A DNA stretch of 64,000 bases from Laetmonice hystrix (lineage: Eukaryota). The stretch is taken from assembly GCA_965235115.1 (NCBI GenBank), contig OZ249436.1, positions 1,862,001-1,926,000 on the forward strand, written 5' to 3'. Both the position numbers and the translations under genes were made by a program. The notes under the pieces were generated by a model. The model was not told the DNA's origin. It made no database searches and saw only the letters and a list, made by a program, of their open reading frames with translations. Below are positions 37,449 through 52,028 of this stretch, piece by piece. The stretch's first letter is position 1. Each line of letters opens with the position of its first letter.

Positions 37449-40400
37449 TGTTTCTTTTATTTTCTTCTTTTTGGAATAACTCGGCCACTGTTAGAGAGGG
37501 AGTTATCAAATTTGAAATGGCCCGACAGAACCTTCTGAAAAATCTTTGTTTCTACTTATAGTGCCATTTGACCTTTGACCTCTTCTGTGGCACGAATGTG
37601 CCAACTTGTGCTGTGATCACGATAACGCGAGAAAAATAGCCTGAATCGATCCAAAATTGGTATGTCGGCCTTCTTTCATCCGGGGCTTGGACAAGTTCGA
37701 AAACCAGTTTGGTTGACCCAGAACTTTCAAGATGGCGGCTGATCTAAAAAAAATGGCACGTGCCATTTTTTTGCCAAAGCCATAACTCGGAAAATACTGG
37801 CTGGAATAACATCAAATTTGGTCAGCAGGGTCATCTATGTGCCAAATTTAGATTTCCCGGAGGACACGTTCCTGTGACCCCAGATGACCTCTGTGTGACC
37901 TTCAACATTTTCGAAGTGGTTGGGCGCTTACTTGACGTCAGCTCAAAAACTACCGGGGCTAGAAAGTCCTAATTTGGGGAAAAGACAACTGTGGATATTT
38001 TCTCGGGATTTTGCTATTTTTAGCACTTCATGACCTTTGACCTCAGTACCGTGCCAACCTTAGAGAAGCCTTTTATATATCCCAAACCCCTGACCGTATC
38101 TTTATGAAACTTGGTGGAGAAGAATCTCCAGGTCTTTGCCTCCAACCGCTACATTAAGTGTTTTTCTCTACAGTTAATAGTTTCCGACTTATGCGGCTTA
38201 CACAGCGCGTAAACAACTTGTTTCTGATTGGCTGTATGCTAATGAGTATCCAGAACTAGCGTGGGAAAAAAAATTCGCCAGCGGGCCCGCTCCCAGTCAC
38301 TGGCCTGTGCGCCTGTTCTCAACCGTGGTAACTCCCCACCAAACCCCTACACGGGCCGGCCGCCCGTCCCCCACCTATGGAATACCGGCGACGACATGCG
38401 AGATGAGAGACAGTGTGTTTGGGTTAGGGTAAAGGTTAGGCCTACGGTTAGTGTTAGTTTTCACTTTAGCCCCAAAATTATTGTCATCAGTATTTTCAAT
38501 TAACAGTAACTTGGAAATAGAGCCAGATAGGCCCATAGTTACTATTGAAGACAGATAGGAAGTCATTATGGCCTTTAAAATGACACAATTTTTAATTAGG
38601 TCACGTGACCCTACGTGACTCTATGACATCATCGGTATTTTCAATTAGCAATAACTTGGAAACAGAGCCAGATAGGCCCATAGTTACTATTGTAGACAGA
38701 TAGGAAGTCATATATGGCCTTTAAAATGACACCATTTTTAATTAGGTCACGTGACCCTACGTGACTCTATGACGTCATCAGTATTTTCAATTAGCAGTAA
38801 CTTGGAAATAGAGCCAGATAGGCCCATAGTTACTATTGAAGACAGATAGGAAGTCATTATGGCCTTTAAAATGACACAATTTTTAATTAGGTCACGTGAC
38901 CCTACGTGACTCTATGACATCATCGGTATTTTCAATTAGCAATAACTTGGAAACAGAGCCAGATAGGCCCATAGTTACTATTGTAGACAGATAGGAAGTC
39001 ATATATGGCCTTTCAAATGACACCATTTTTAATTAGGTCATGTGACCATATATGGCTGTATGACGTCATCAGTGTTTTCAGCTGGCAGTAACTTGGAAAA
39101 AGAGCCAGATAGGCCCATACGTACTAGTGATACCCATTGGAAGTCATATATGGCCTTTCAAATGACACCATTTTTAGTTAGGTCACGTGACCCTACGTTG
39201 CCCTATGACGTCATTGGTATTTTAAGATGGCTGTAACTTAGAAACAGAGCCAGATGGGGCCATGGTTCCTATTAAACTCATATGGAAAATCATATATGAG
39301 TTTTCAATTTACGTCAATTTAAATGCTGTCACGTGACCCCATCTGGCTTAATGACCCTTTTTAGGTAATTTTCAACCAAAGATCAGTGATATCTCGAAAA
39401 CGGTTAAAGATATCAATGTCTGGGTTTCACCTTTGGGTTTAGCATAAAAAACTTGACCCATCCTCAGCGAATTTGAAAAATCCAAGATGGCGGCCAAGTT
39501 GACCTAATTTCCAATTTCAGCACCATTGGATTGGGTAATAGGTCCACTAATCTCTGACACCGAGATGGCTCCCCTAAATTCGATAGTTTCCATCTTATGG
39601 CCCCTCAAAGTTGGCCCTTTTAGGTTATTTTCAACCAAACATCAGTGATACCTCGAAAACGGTTAAAGATATCAATGTCTGGTTTTGACCATTGGGTTTG
39701 GGATGAAAACCTTGAGCCATTTTCCCTGAATTTGAAAAATCCAAGATGGCGGCCAAGTTGACCTAATTTCCGATTTTAACACCATAGGGAGCCGAAGTCT
39801 CGTGACCTGGTTATGCAAATGACGTTAAATAGCCTCAAACCAGCTCGCGATAGCACCAAACGTGCGCCATGCGATTGTGACGTTAAAAATTTCCCCATAG
39901 GATTAGCATTGACAGGGCCGACAGGTTTACAAAAACCAGCCTGTATATTCACAATCTAACTTTCTAAACTATAAAACAAACTTTATCCTAGAGGAAACAT
40001 GCCAGCAATCATGGATTGTAACGGTGAAATATTAACAGCGACTTGACTGCAGAATGAAAATATTTTAAAGTTGACTGTCACTGTTCCCTATGGCCATCGC
40101 AATGTTAAACCAGCGAGGCTATCTGCTCCTTGTCCCCACAACGCGAAATCTCTTGAATTCTCGTGACCTACTTCGGCTCCCTATTGGATTGGGTAATAGG
40201 TCAGCTGTCTCTGACACCGAGATGGCTCCCCTAAAATCAATAGTTTCCAAGTTATGGCTCTTCAAAGTTGGCCCTTTTAGGTCATTTTCAACCAAAAATC
40301 AGTGATATCTCTAAAACGGTTAAAGATATCAACGTCTGGTTTTCACCATTGGGGTTAGGATGGAAAACTTGACCCATTTAAACTGAATTTGAAAAATCCA

Positions 40401-40900
40401 AGATGGCGGCCAAGTTGACCTAATTTCCGATTTTAAAACCATTGGATTGGGTAATGGGTCAGCTGTCTCTGACACCGAGATGGCTCCCCTAAAATCAATA
40501 GTTTCCAAATTATGGCTCTTCAAAGTTGGCCCTTTTAGGTCATTTTCAACCCAAAATCAGTGATATCTCTAAAACGGTTAAAGATATCAACGTCTGGTTT
40601 TCACCATTGGGGTTAGGATGGAAAACTTGACCCATTTGAACAGAATTTGAAAAATCCAAGATGGCGGCCAAGTTGACCTAATTTCCGATTTTAACACCAT
40701 TGACTGGTGAATGGGATACCTGTGCCCTGGGCACCTCGCAACTAGTTAATCTTTTCTTTCGCATAGAAAATCTGCCATAGCTATATCATTGCTTTTGCAA
40801 CACACTACTTTCATACTAATTAGTCCTCTCTCAAAAATTATATGATGTCATTACTTTAAAAAAGGGGAGACGTCCTGTTCGGACTGAACAATTTCTAGTT
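37347..40900 (+). mobile_element. Non-autonomous Helentron/HINE-like (DINE-1/DTC84-type) element with internal satellite arrays
   Basis: 5' sub-TIR and hairpin ACGTCTCCCC..GGGGAGACGT (37349-37375) followed by a (TTTC)n microsatellite. Internal repeats of about 147 bp (38486-39300) and about 258 bp (39355-40700). 3' GGGGAGACGT (40864), stem-loop TGTTC..GAACA, then CTAGTT. Confidence 0.7.
39786..40182. mobile_element. MITE nested within the HINE internal satellite
   Basis: TIRs AGGGAGCCGAAGT / ACTTCGGCTCCCT interrupt the unit sequence ACCATTGGATTGGG, which is intact at 39522 and 40438. Confidence 0.65.
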
Positions 40901-42285
40901 GCCGAATAAAAGTACCAACGGCGTGCCATAGATCCGTCTGTGCTCCGATGGTACTGGGGAAATAACTGGCACCACCTGGTGAGTATGATTAGCACTAATG
41001 TGCAGAACAGTTCCTCCGCCAGACGGCGATATCGTAGATATGAGCGCCGCCTTTCGTTATAACACGGGATGATCCAGGAACCCCTCCGCAGGCCGACTAA
41101 CTAGGCCTCGGCAAGTGGTAAGGGTTCTTGTTCATGATACCCCAGTCAGGAGCACTGAGTGAGGGGACAGTGCAGGCCGGCGGAGGGAGGGTAGGTCAAC
41201 CACCAACAACCCCCCTCACCACAACTCTTCAGTCAATCTATAGATCATAGTATCAAAATAAAAACAAAACCGTAGCTATAGAATGGAATTTTTATTCTAT
41301 GTCGAAATGCTTGCTGTGACCATACATACCAGATGCACCCTCGGCCCAATAACAAAGTATGTGACAAAAGTGGGTTAACGCTGTCTAACGCTAGACTCAA
41401 CTGTGCAAGTACATGTACCTTAGTTAGCCTTTCAATAACTACGTCAAACAAGCCCAGTTCTAGCGGTTTCTAGCAAATTTTTACCAGGAAAAGGACGAGA
41501 TCTGCATGTCGTAATCAATATTATGTCTGGGTATCACCAATTAGTCCAATATCTAGGACAGGAACAAAATGTTATCTTCATAATGCTGATATCAAAGCAG
41601 ACCGTTTTCTACAAACATCGCAAGGCAAGGCTATTACTGTAAAGTAATCGAAAACAAATGATCCAACCGAACATAACCAACAATTAAAAAATATTACTCT
41701 AGACGAGCACCCGACAACACTGGAACATTCATACCAAAGTATTCTTTATTTCTGTGACGTAACAAATCAATTCCTCCATTATATAAAAGAACTCGATTTT
41801 GTTATGTTTAGACATAGATTCCATGTCTATGTTATGTTCTAGATACATCTTTTACAAATGTCACATTTTTATTTATACAAATATGGCATGTTCAAATTCT
41901 AACACTCCCGTGTTGAAACATACAATCTGCTGTCAAGAATTGCCATTAAAAAAATAACCCACAGGTCAGCCAGTTAGAAGGTAGGACTATCCAGATGAAG
42001 AAGGTTTTCTGCGGCCGTTAGACGTTTTCCATAAACCACCACAGCCAGAGGTAACTGTAAGGGAGCGCTGAGACATGACTAAATCCTCTCTGTGTGCCCT
42101 AGCTTACACAGCAAGAGTTGTCACCGAGAGTGAATACTTTCAGTGTAACACCAACCCGTAATCCCCTACACCCAACTACTTATTGCCATCACTGGTGCCT
42201 AATCCTGGTCAGATCTTGAACATGCCGATGTGTGAATGTATTTATGATGAATGATGTTTTTTTTTTATATTCTAATGAAGACTCT

Positions 42286-45200
42286 CTACAACTCATTCTT
42301 GTCCTTTTTGCTTGCTTTCTTCTTTCCAGCCTTTGTAAAGTGTTTAAGGCCATCTGTAGCCTCACGGGCAAGGAACTTGATGAAATCTTCTACTTCACGG
42401 GCAGACTGGAAAAAAAACACAAGCAGCTACTTGTAGAATTTATTCAAATTATAAATAAATGGGGCTCCTCAATTTACCCCTATGACATTGGGTAAAGGGA
42501 GAGAATGGGTAAAATCAGAAATCAAAGAACCCATAGTCATACACATAGACATACTCACCTCATACTTGCTTGGAGAATCCTTGCTTCCCTTGGGGGCAAA
42601 GAATATTGTAGGGAACCTTGAGAAAACAAGCAAAGGTCATCATAAAGTTCTGTAAGTTACCTCAGGGGTAATACACATGTACTGAAACAGAGAACCGTTT
42701 TAGCAGGAAGAAGCACTGATAGCACCGGTGCTAGGCAACTGCACTGAGTTAGAATACATCTATTAATTAATTTGTGGACTTGTGACAGACATTTCACAGC
42801 CAAAATAATGAATAAGCTCTAAATTTGATGACCACACTTCATGTGAAACGAGACTTCAGTCTGCTATTTTATCGGGGCTTTGAGTTGCCAAAATCCTAAT
42901 TTTGCGTCAATTAATCCTAATGGAGTAATGATTACCCCAAAACTGTAATCATTACGCCAAGTTCTTACTGGTTGGCATCTCTGTTTCCTTATCTATCTGA
43001 GCATTTACAACGAATGTACATCATTTAATACGAAAAAATGATAACAAGTCAGAACTTACCCTCTGACATCATATGGGCTTGGTACATCGTTAGCTGTGGC
43101 ATCCATCTTGGCAATCACAATGTCGGTTTCTGCTTGAAGCTGGTTGAAACAATTGAAATAATCCATCAATACATACCCCCACCTATGTCAGTTCAAGTAA
43201 ACCCATCAATACATACCCCTACCTATGTTAGTTCAAGTAAATCCATCAATACATACCCCTACCTATGTTAGTTCAAGTAAATCCATCAATACATACACCT
43301 ACCTATGTTAGTTCAAGTAAATCCATCAGTACATACCCCTACCTATGTTAGTTCAAGTAAATCCATCAATACATACCCCTACCTATGTCAGTTCAAGTAA
43401 ATCCATCAATACATACACCTACCTATGTTAGTTCAAGTAAATCCATCAATACATACACCTACCTATGTCAGTTCAAGTAGGGCCTTTATCACATTTTTTT
43501 ATTTATATGCTAAGGATTTGTTTAAGAATAGACCTTAACAATTTACTATGTGCAGTTTGACTCATCTTTAAATCAGAGTTGGGGAGTTTTACTCACCTTC
43601 TCACCCAGCTCCTCATATTTAGGAGCAAGGCTCTTGCAATGCCCACACCAGGGGGCGTAAAATTCAATCAAAACGTCTTTAGTGGGATCATTGACAATCT
43701 CATCAAAGTTCTCCGCGACGACAGTCTGTCAATAAAACAGCATTCAAATATTAGCACTTTTTTCTACGCTAAGATTTGCCATTAAAATTTTCATTTTTAA
43801 TACCATTAGTTTCACCTCTTAGATTTAAATCACATTATAGCATGAATATATAGCCTGTAATAACAAAACAAAATATTAAGAGAGAAACTCACTTTAACTG
43901 GTCCGTCATTATTCTCTGGAATTGGTTCTGATTTCAGATATGGCTTCAAGTTGCCATCAAGGAGATCGTTAACAAATTTCTCCAGGTTTTCCATGGAGAA
44001 TTCCTCCTTCATCACATATTTCTTATCGGATGAATCTTTGGCTGCGATAACAGGTTTGTCACTCGGAGAGTCGATGCCAAACTCAGACAGCTCCTGCCCA
44101 AATTCATCCTTGCTTGCAACGGCAAAGTACACTTTCTTTCCCTCATCAACAAGTTTCTTGCCAACTTTCATAACCCTGCAACAAATGGAAGGCAGCATTT
44201 AATATGGACATAAAATGGTTTCAGATCACACAATCGGTCGCTGATAACTTTCTCAGACATGTGGATCCCTGACATAACGAGTGAAACTTTTTCAATATTC
44301 CAATTTTCCTGCGTACCATGCACAGGTAATGTTATCTCGAGTCTATTTTTCTACGGTATTCAAAGCAGATTTTGCTGACGTCACATACCGGTTCCTCCAG
44401 TAGTTGGTGCCTTTGACATTCTTCACATAGTCGACATCGTAGTAGGCAGTCACCAAGGGTTTCTGGAACTGGTTCTGGTTACTCGAGGTTCGGTGTCCTG
44501 CCAAACCATGTCTGCAGCAAAACAGCCAAACTTACCATAACATGAAGATGGTGTACATTCTCAAAGGACTAAAACTACAAAATTTAAACTTAGTTCAAAG
44601 TTGATTTAAAACTAAAAAAATCTTTTCAAAAAACTTCCTTGAATCAAAGATCTAGCTTTAGTTCCTTTAACTCTGCTCTAGATATCTCCCCCATGAAGTC
44701 AGAGGTGTCCTAATAAAATGAACATCAATGCTCATAGAGATAACACACTTGTAATGCTGGGGTGCGTTTCTCTAAGGAAAGATGTCTTTGCACAAAGAGT
44801 CTTTCAAACTCTAGAAACTCTAGAGTCTTTTGGGCTTAATAGAAACGCACCCCTTGAAATTTATGTTGAGTATATCTAGAAATATTTATTTTCAAAGCCA
44901 GAGTACTCTGTCCTAAAAATACTCAAATATCTCTGCAAGGCCTACTAAGGACACCTTATTATTTTTTTATTTTTGTACTTACGCATTATCTGTAATGAAG
45001 GACTTGATCTTGGAGAGTGTGGCCTCGCCATCATACTTCACTTGTTTATCTTCAAACTTGGATTGTAGACGTTTGGGCCGGAACAACATAACGGTGCTGC
45101 AATACGTTAAAATCCACATTTAGTTTATCTCATGTGCTGATAAACATTACTGCAGAATATGTTAGCTTATAGGTTGCTCGAGAGAGTACAGCTGAACCTC

Positions 45201-48200
45201 TGGTCTGCTCAGTATTTTGTTTAGAAACATGACTTACTTTTTGCCATATTTTTCTAGAGCGTCTGCGTTGTATGTGTGGCCAAACTTATGATCTTCATTG
45301 AGCGCATCAGCAGCTTTCTGGAACTCTTTCCCCAGGTCACTGCCTTCCGACTCAAACAGGCCTGAACAACACAAAATCAAGTTGCAATTGTAGGTCAGTT
45401 TAATGTCTTAAAATGGCATTTATGTCAGCCACAAACACTGGCAAATCATCTTAAACCCAGAGTCATACTTCAGACACTGGATACGACTAAGTAGTAAACC
45501 AGCATAATGTGTATTGGCAAGTAACACTTGCCAAATATTCTTATGGCACAATTTCTCATTAATTATATTACTTGGGTAATTAGTAATTTTACAGTTTGGT
45601 ACTAGATAAACAGCAACTTAAGGTAAAATTTCCACAATCTTCAGAAGCAAATATTTCTTTCACTCACCAACAAAAGCATTATCAAATCCACCAATGAACT
45701 TCTCAAGTTCCTCTACAGATTTCAGTTCCTTGGAGCTCGGTCCCGCCTTGGACTTCATGTGCTTAACAATACCATCTGAAACATAAATAACCAAACTGAT
45801 TGGTGTCCAGTAACCTCCACAGTTCTTCTGTTACACTCATCTTACTAATGTACATGTACTCCTACCATACCTAGATTTTCTTTTGTTGATCAAAAATACA
45901 TATATACCTGCCTGTCCCAATATTCATGTACTTACAATAGGCCATCCCCTTGTGGCCAAAAATATAACACTAAAAGTATATAATAACTGGCAGTGTGACC
46001 ACTGAATTTAGGTAACTCTTTGGTCTCTGGTTACTTACTTAAAAAAATTAAGACAGAAAACTGGATACAAAACGGGGGTTTCTCTACCTAGTTCAAGCAA
46101 AACCTGCTTTCAATCTCTGCCACAGTGCCAGTGTCTAAAGCCCATGTCCACAGTCACTGGGACTTCTAGTTCGACACACCGCCGTGGTCTTTCTGAGTTA
46201 TGTATGATCATCGGGCTCGATGGGGCTATAGACATGCTCAGCCTTGGTTACCAGTGAAACAAGTTCCCCTTTTGTCCTCTAGTTGCATGGCAGTTGGCAC
46301 ACGTCTTTCTGACAAATACTTTCGTAATTCTTTTACTGCCGCTAAGCCATGACTCACTGAACCGAAAGAAGCAACGACTGGTGCCACCTAGCAGCCTTGG
46401 CGTGAACTAGATTAGGGAAACCCCCATATTGATGTTGGTTACAAAGAATCACATCAGTAAAATGATAAAGTCCACCAGAACACAAGGGCAGACACAGATG
46501 ACAATACAACATGCTACCTGTCCCACAAACATACAATACCGCGACGATTCACGGCAGGTCATTATAAAAATCTAAAGAAGGTCAGTAAACACTTTACAGA
46601 TAACCAGAATACACAGAATCTTATCATCAGGAAGTTCGTGGAAATTGTTTCCTGGACTCGATACTGGATTCACCGAGTTACTAGTTTCAAAAACACTCAG
46701 GCCTACTAAATATATTATAACACACGTGTAACATTTGTAAATGTATGCGTAAAAATTCTCAATGTGTGATATAGAAATAATCAGCTTTCTATGCTCATAC
46801 CAGGAGTTCAGAGGATTTTTGCTGTTTGAAACCGGTGAAATTTTTTTGAGCATAGGAATGGCTGTCATAGACTGTTACTCCCTTGCCTGTGGCCTTTACA
46901 ACCACGGGACATTTTACAGCACATTGTAATTTGTGAATGCTTGGAGACTTTAATATCACAGACTGATGTGTTCAGTATACAGTCCACCAGTGAGAGGTTA
47001 GTGGCTACTGATGTGTGTTAAACACAAGGTGTGTTAAACCACAAAGTGTGTTAAACCACAAGGTGTGTTAAACCACAAGGTGTGTTAAACCACAAGGTGT
47101 GTTAAACCACAAGGTGTTAGGGCTCCCATCCTGGTCCATGAGTGTCTAAAGGTCCAGAGGGTTTCGTGGGGCACATCCTCTTACCCCTGACATGTGTTAA
47201 ACCACAAGGTGTTAGGGCTCCCATCCTGGACCATGAGGAGTGTCTAAAGGTCCTGAGGGTTTCGTGGGGCACATCCTCTTACCCCTGACGTGTGTTAAAC
47301 CACAAGGTGTTAGGGCTCCCATCCTGGACCATGAGGAGTGTCTAAAGGTCCTGAGGGTTTCGTGGGGCACATCCTCTTACCCCTGACGTGTGTTAAACCA
47401 CAAGGTGTTAGGGCTCCCATCCTGGACCATGAGGAGTGTCTAAAGGTCCTGAGGGTTTCGTGGGGCACATCCTCTTACCCCTGACGTGTGTTAAACCAGT
47501 TAAACCACAAGGTGTTAGGGCTCCCATCCTGGTCCATGAGGAGTGTCTAAAGGTCCTGAGGGTTTCGTGGGGCACATCCTCTTACCCTTATTACGGGGAC
47601 CCTCGTACTCGCTGGCATCCATGCCATAGTATCCCTTTCTGAAAACATGGAGTGTGGGGAAGCCCTCAACGCCGAGCTTTTTACAAGTTTGGTGGCCGGC
47701 CCCCTGACAATCAACCTACACAAGGTGGAAAAATTTATCAAACTTAATGAAATGTTTAGATACTTCTCCCTGAACCAGCAATCCTAACATCTGCTACAGC
47801 TTCTTTCACACACAGCTTTAGTAGGACCAACACCAAAATACACGTCAAGAATTCCAATGACATTGCTGACTGGATTCGACTAATCAAGGCTCATTCTGTT
47901 AATTTCTAACTAATCAGAATATTGCAGTAGCTTTAAGTTAGGAATTCAACACAATATTTTGGTGTTAGTAACGCCTACATCTACCTGAAATGTTAGGTGC
48001 ATTAGCTTCCTGGAAAAGAAGGGCTTTGTGTCCAAGAGGTAAGAGTCCAAGCTTCTGTTTCTAAAAAATAATGAGTATCAGTGCAAGTCAAGCATAAAGA
48101 TTACATTCCCGAATAAATCTTCTGCCACACTTTTCATGGCCTCTAAATTTAAACTATTCAAACAGTCAAAAAAAGAAAGTTTAAAATGCTCAATAAATGT

Positions 48201-51200
48201 TAAATGTAAATTTTGTTTGCACCTCATTACAATGGAAGAACTCACAGATCGTAACAAGTTTTCAAATACGACATAAGAAAGTTATTCGAGGCTGTAATGT
48301 CAGAAAGTTATTCGGGGATGTAATCTTAGAAAGTTATTCGGGGATGTAATCTCTATAGTAAAGTCTCTCGGAGAGTTCTAACACTACCAGGTACATCTCC
48401 TGGTCACTGCCTCCAGCCTCCATACCTGCTTGCCTAGGCCCATTGTAGTCCTCGGACTGTTCACCATTTCTGAATATTTTCAGGGTGGGATATCCTGACA
48501 CACCATACTTTCCACAAGCCTTGGTATTAGCTGTGCAATCAACCTAGAACACAGAAATAACACTGTATAGGAAATCATACCAACTACAAGGTGAGACAAA
48601 ATAAAGGATTGGTTAAGGAATATTTAAACGGTCCACATGCACTTATTCTTTTTTTAACTTTTTTATATTTAAATGTTTTCTTTTTCAGAATCATGCCATT
48701 CTTAGTTTTTCCAATCAGCAGCTCTTTCCATTTAACATGGAAAGGTTCTTCATCTCCTATTCAAATGAGCAAGCATACTGAATCATTAAGATGTAATTTT
48801 ATTGAACCCTCATGAACATATTCATGAGCCAGTGTAGATCTAGACACCAAAGGTGGTGATAGATTCACAAGTAGATTCACTTGAGTGATTTCATCAATAA
48901 ATCTAAGGCAGGCGAGAATGGGCTGCCTTTAAGTAACGACTCGACTTCCTGGCTTCACGCTCGCTAAGATCAAAGAGAGCTATGGGAGTATGAGAATTAG
49001 ACACATCTCAGACCATTGGGAGGTTAATAAACATCTGGACAGTGGAGCAACCCCTGATGTTAGGTTTCTAAACACTGTCACAACAGGCAAACATTGTTCA
49101 CAAACACAGTTTATTACATGAAGAGGATCACTCTCCATACAAAGTAATCCCACTATCATGTTAGATGATTATTCCATGGTTAACATATAATGTTAATACT
49201 AAGTGAGTATTTCCATTATATGAAAACATACTCCCCGAGGTAATGGATTATCGGGCTGGTCACCCATCATCCACCAACTTTATGAGTTATCATTTACATA
49301 TTGATCATACCAAGAGACAACTCCATCCAGTCTAGTACTTCCTACTTCAACATTCCCAACAGTACATCTCTTTATTACTTCCACTGGCTGTGAATATTGT
49401 GTCAGGAATTATAGTCGTATCAATACAACATTTGCATTCAAACAGATTATTCTCAGCAACATGGCAAGTGGTTTGTACACTTACCTTTGCGAGGGCAACA
49501 GGTGGGTCGTTACTCCTCAATGTAGTCGCTGCTGATTCATACTCAGGGGCGAGCTTTTTACAATGACCACACCTGAAGTCAAGAAAACGTATCTTTAGGT
49601 TGATGGTCAGATTCAAACTGCTATACAATCCAAATATACTTCAAGAAGTCAGGATTGATTCACAAAGATTTCATGGCTGCCAACTTTTATATATGCTGAT
49701 ATAGCTGTGGATTAATCTTACTTGTTTTGGATCCAGAACATTCATACAGGTCTATTAACCTTATCACAATTAACAGGTGTGGAACAGGTGAAACAGCATC
49801 AATGATAATCAGTTTTTAACTCAGTGCACTTCATGGTTTTTACAACACAATTATTTATCTCAGGTGTCAAAATTAAGGATTTTCCCACAGAAGCAGATAA
49901 TTGCTTTCGAAAATAGGTTTTACACTTCAGGGAAGCAATTCATGCTTAGGGAAGCAAATTGCTCCATTGCTTCTGATAATTTCGATCCCTGCATCTTTAT
50001 GCAACTCCTGAATTCCTAGGGTCACAGATGACCAAATACAATAGATCATTACCAACTCTGGATATGAGAATAGAAAACAAAGAAGGTTTGCATAATTGAT
50101 CAGATGTCCGAAAGCTGTTGATCTCAACAGCTGCACATCTGAACCCACACAACCAGGTGGTGCATTCCTGTCAGTTGTAACTTGTAACAAACCATTGGTT
50201 AAATGAATGGAGGACAGGTGTGTCACTACATCATACATGGTTCGTTCAGACACTAAATCAAACCACACGAGTTCCTTGTCTAAACACACTGACGTGAAAC
50301 AATTGATCTACTCAATCAATTCAATGACAAGTGGTCAAATAATGCTCAATAAAAAAACACTTAAATTTATGCAGAAATTAATATTAAGATCTGAATAGTA
50401 ATCCATTTCCTGTGTACACTGATTAAATTAATGCCCAGGCCTATACCATTCCAGTATGTAGGCCTACAGGCCTAGTGCTAGCCATACCATTCCAGTATGT
50501 ACAGGCCTAGCGCTAATACTAGAGATTAATGTCAAACTGGACTTTTCCATCAACAGTCACACATTCAATCACACCACAAGACAAGGCACAATGATCAGGA
50601 ATGAGAAAAGGTATAATTTCTCAATTCTTTAAAAAAAAAAGTTTCCCGTTCTTCATTTAAAAAAAGATAAACCCTCACTTAGGCGTATTTGTATTGTCTT
50701 CGCTAATATGTAAATCATCAGCCAAGTGGCAAATAAAACATTTTTGTTTCCTTGCCCTTGGCTCGAGACCAGATAATTGGCCAAATTACTAAGTTAGTCA
50801 GTATCTAGGAAGTTGGCTACCTGGCTATATTTATCTTTATTAATAAGTTTTTCTTAACTTTCATGAACTATTTTTATGACTTGCATGCAATTCACACATT
50901 TTGAAGGGGGGGTGCAACATTAATATTCTAAAATAATCTGGCAAAAAGGGGTTCAAGTGAACAAAATATATTAGGAATTTAGAATAAACAAAAACAAAAA
51001 CAGCTGTAGTCGAAACTGACAAAATTGTCTCAAATAAAAAGCAGGGATGGGGGGGCACGCTGTACTGTAGATCTAAACTTAGGCAGAGAAATGTGCGTAA
51101 AGAACCCAACCCGAGACTGCATGTTACTTCTGAGTAGGCCTACTGAGTACTGTCCAAATTAAGCAGCATTGGCATTGGGTCCTGTTGTTGCGCGACACAC

Positions 51201-51621
51201 GTCACATCTCACACATGTGACGCCGGGCCCGGGGGCACACCTTCTTTAAAATCACTAATTTACATTACAATTAACCTAACTATAGCTCTAACTTTGAGAC
51301 TAAAATTCCCAGTGCTCAACAATTCACAAATGTCCCTCTAACTGAAACTATAAATAATCTACTTCCAACGTTATAGAGACTGTCTCACTCCCAATCCCAA
51401 TGTTCTGTACACCGAGTGACCGTCCCACGGCCGTGTCGGTGAAGCTTACCGGCTACCTACCCCCACCGGCCCCCGAGAAACACTTACCACGGAGCGAAGA
51501 ATTCCACGAGAATTATGTCATGTTCAGCCACTCTCGATTCAAAGTCGTCGTCAGTGAATTCTAGCACGTCGCTAGCGCTGGCTAGAGCGATGGCAGCGAG
51601 GAAACACCACACCTTCAACAT
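42286..51621 (-). CDS. PDIA3: Protein disulfide-isomerase A3 (ERp57), 12 coding exons, 492 aa
   Basis: Minus-strand exons 51621-51488, 49572-49485, 48543-48426, 45775-45668, 45361-45238, 45096-44983, 44511-44389, 44175-43893, 43725-43597, 43139-43060, 42616-42559, 42405-42286. All are GT-AG and phase-consistent, totalling 1479 nt. Features: signal peptide [24 protein letters not shown], two thioredoxin sites ([22 protein letters not shown]), PDIA3-typical [20 protein letters not shown] and [16 protein letters not shown], and a basic tail ending KNEL*. Confidence 0.96.
43161..43479. repeat. 40-bp tandem repeat x8 in PDIA3 intron 9, abutting the exon 10 acceptor
   Basis: ATCCATCAATACATACCCCTACCTATGTTAGTTCAAGTAA. 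Confidence 0.93.
44759..44853. mobile_element. Tiny MITE in PDIA3 intron 6
   Basis: TIR GGGGTGCGTTTCT / AGAAACGCACCCC. Confidence 0.55.
47013..47588. repeat. Compound 19-bp and about 100-bp tandem repeat in PDIA3 intron 3
   Basis: GTGTGTTAAACCACAAGGT x5, followed by five larger units that each begin with the same motif. Confidence 0.9.
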
Positions 51622-51684
51622 GATTGTACTGCAGCAAGGATCAGGATGAGCCTATCTCACACAGCTTACACCCGGCTTATGTAC

Positions 51685-51790
51685 AGCAAGATGGCCGAGC
51701 CAACGTGTAACACGACATGCAGCGGTGTCGACATCTGATTGGCTAACACTGGTCCGTGTACGTGTGTCGCCACCTGGTGGCGCCAGGTGC
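51685..51790 (-). promoter_or_regulatory. PDIA3 proximal promoter: YY1-like CAAGATGGC, CCAAT box, CTCF-like palindrome
   Basis: caagatggccg at about 51687, CCAAT on the minus strand at 51742-51738, and cgccacctggtggcg at 51768-51782. CpG-rich, 65-160 bp upstream of the ATG. Confidence 0.55.
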
Positions 51791-52028
51791 CCGGCCGGCT
51801 CACCCGGCTCTGTCACTCGCGTCGCGATCATCCAGACCTGCTCGCTATCAGGACCTAGTCTACTGTTCCGTTACTTGGAATCAATCTCACTAAAAGTCAG
51901 ATCATTCAAATGAACCACGGTAACTTATGCCTCGAGATGAACGCATTATTTATTGTCTTGCCTAAGACCATCCCCCCACCACAAAAATATCTGTGTTATA
52001 TATTTGAGGAACGACTATTTGGCCAGCC

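Noticed and set aside
46080..47900. Possible decayed transposon coding sequence in PDIA3 intron 3
   Set aside because: No RT, transposase or integrase motif could be read in any frame.
51724..51742. ERSE (CCAAT-N9-CCACG) in the PDIA3 promoter
   Set aside because: The sequence is CCAAT-N9-ACACC, only 3/5 in the ATF6 half-site, so it is reported only as a CCAAT box.
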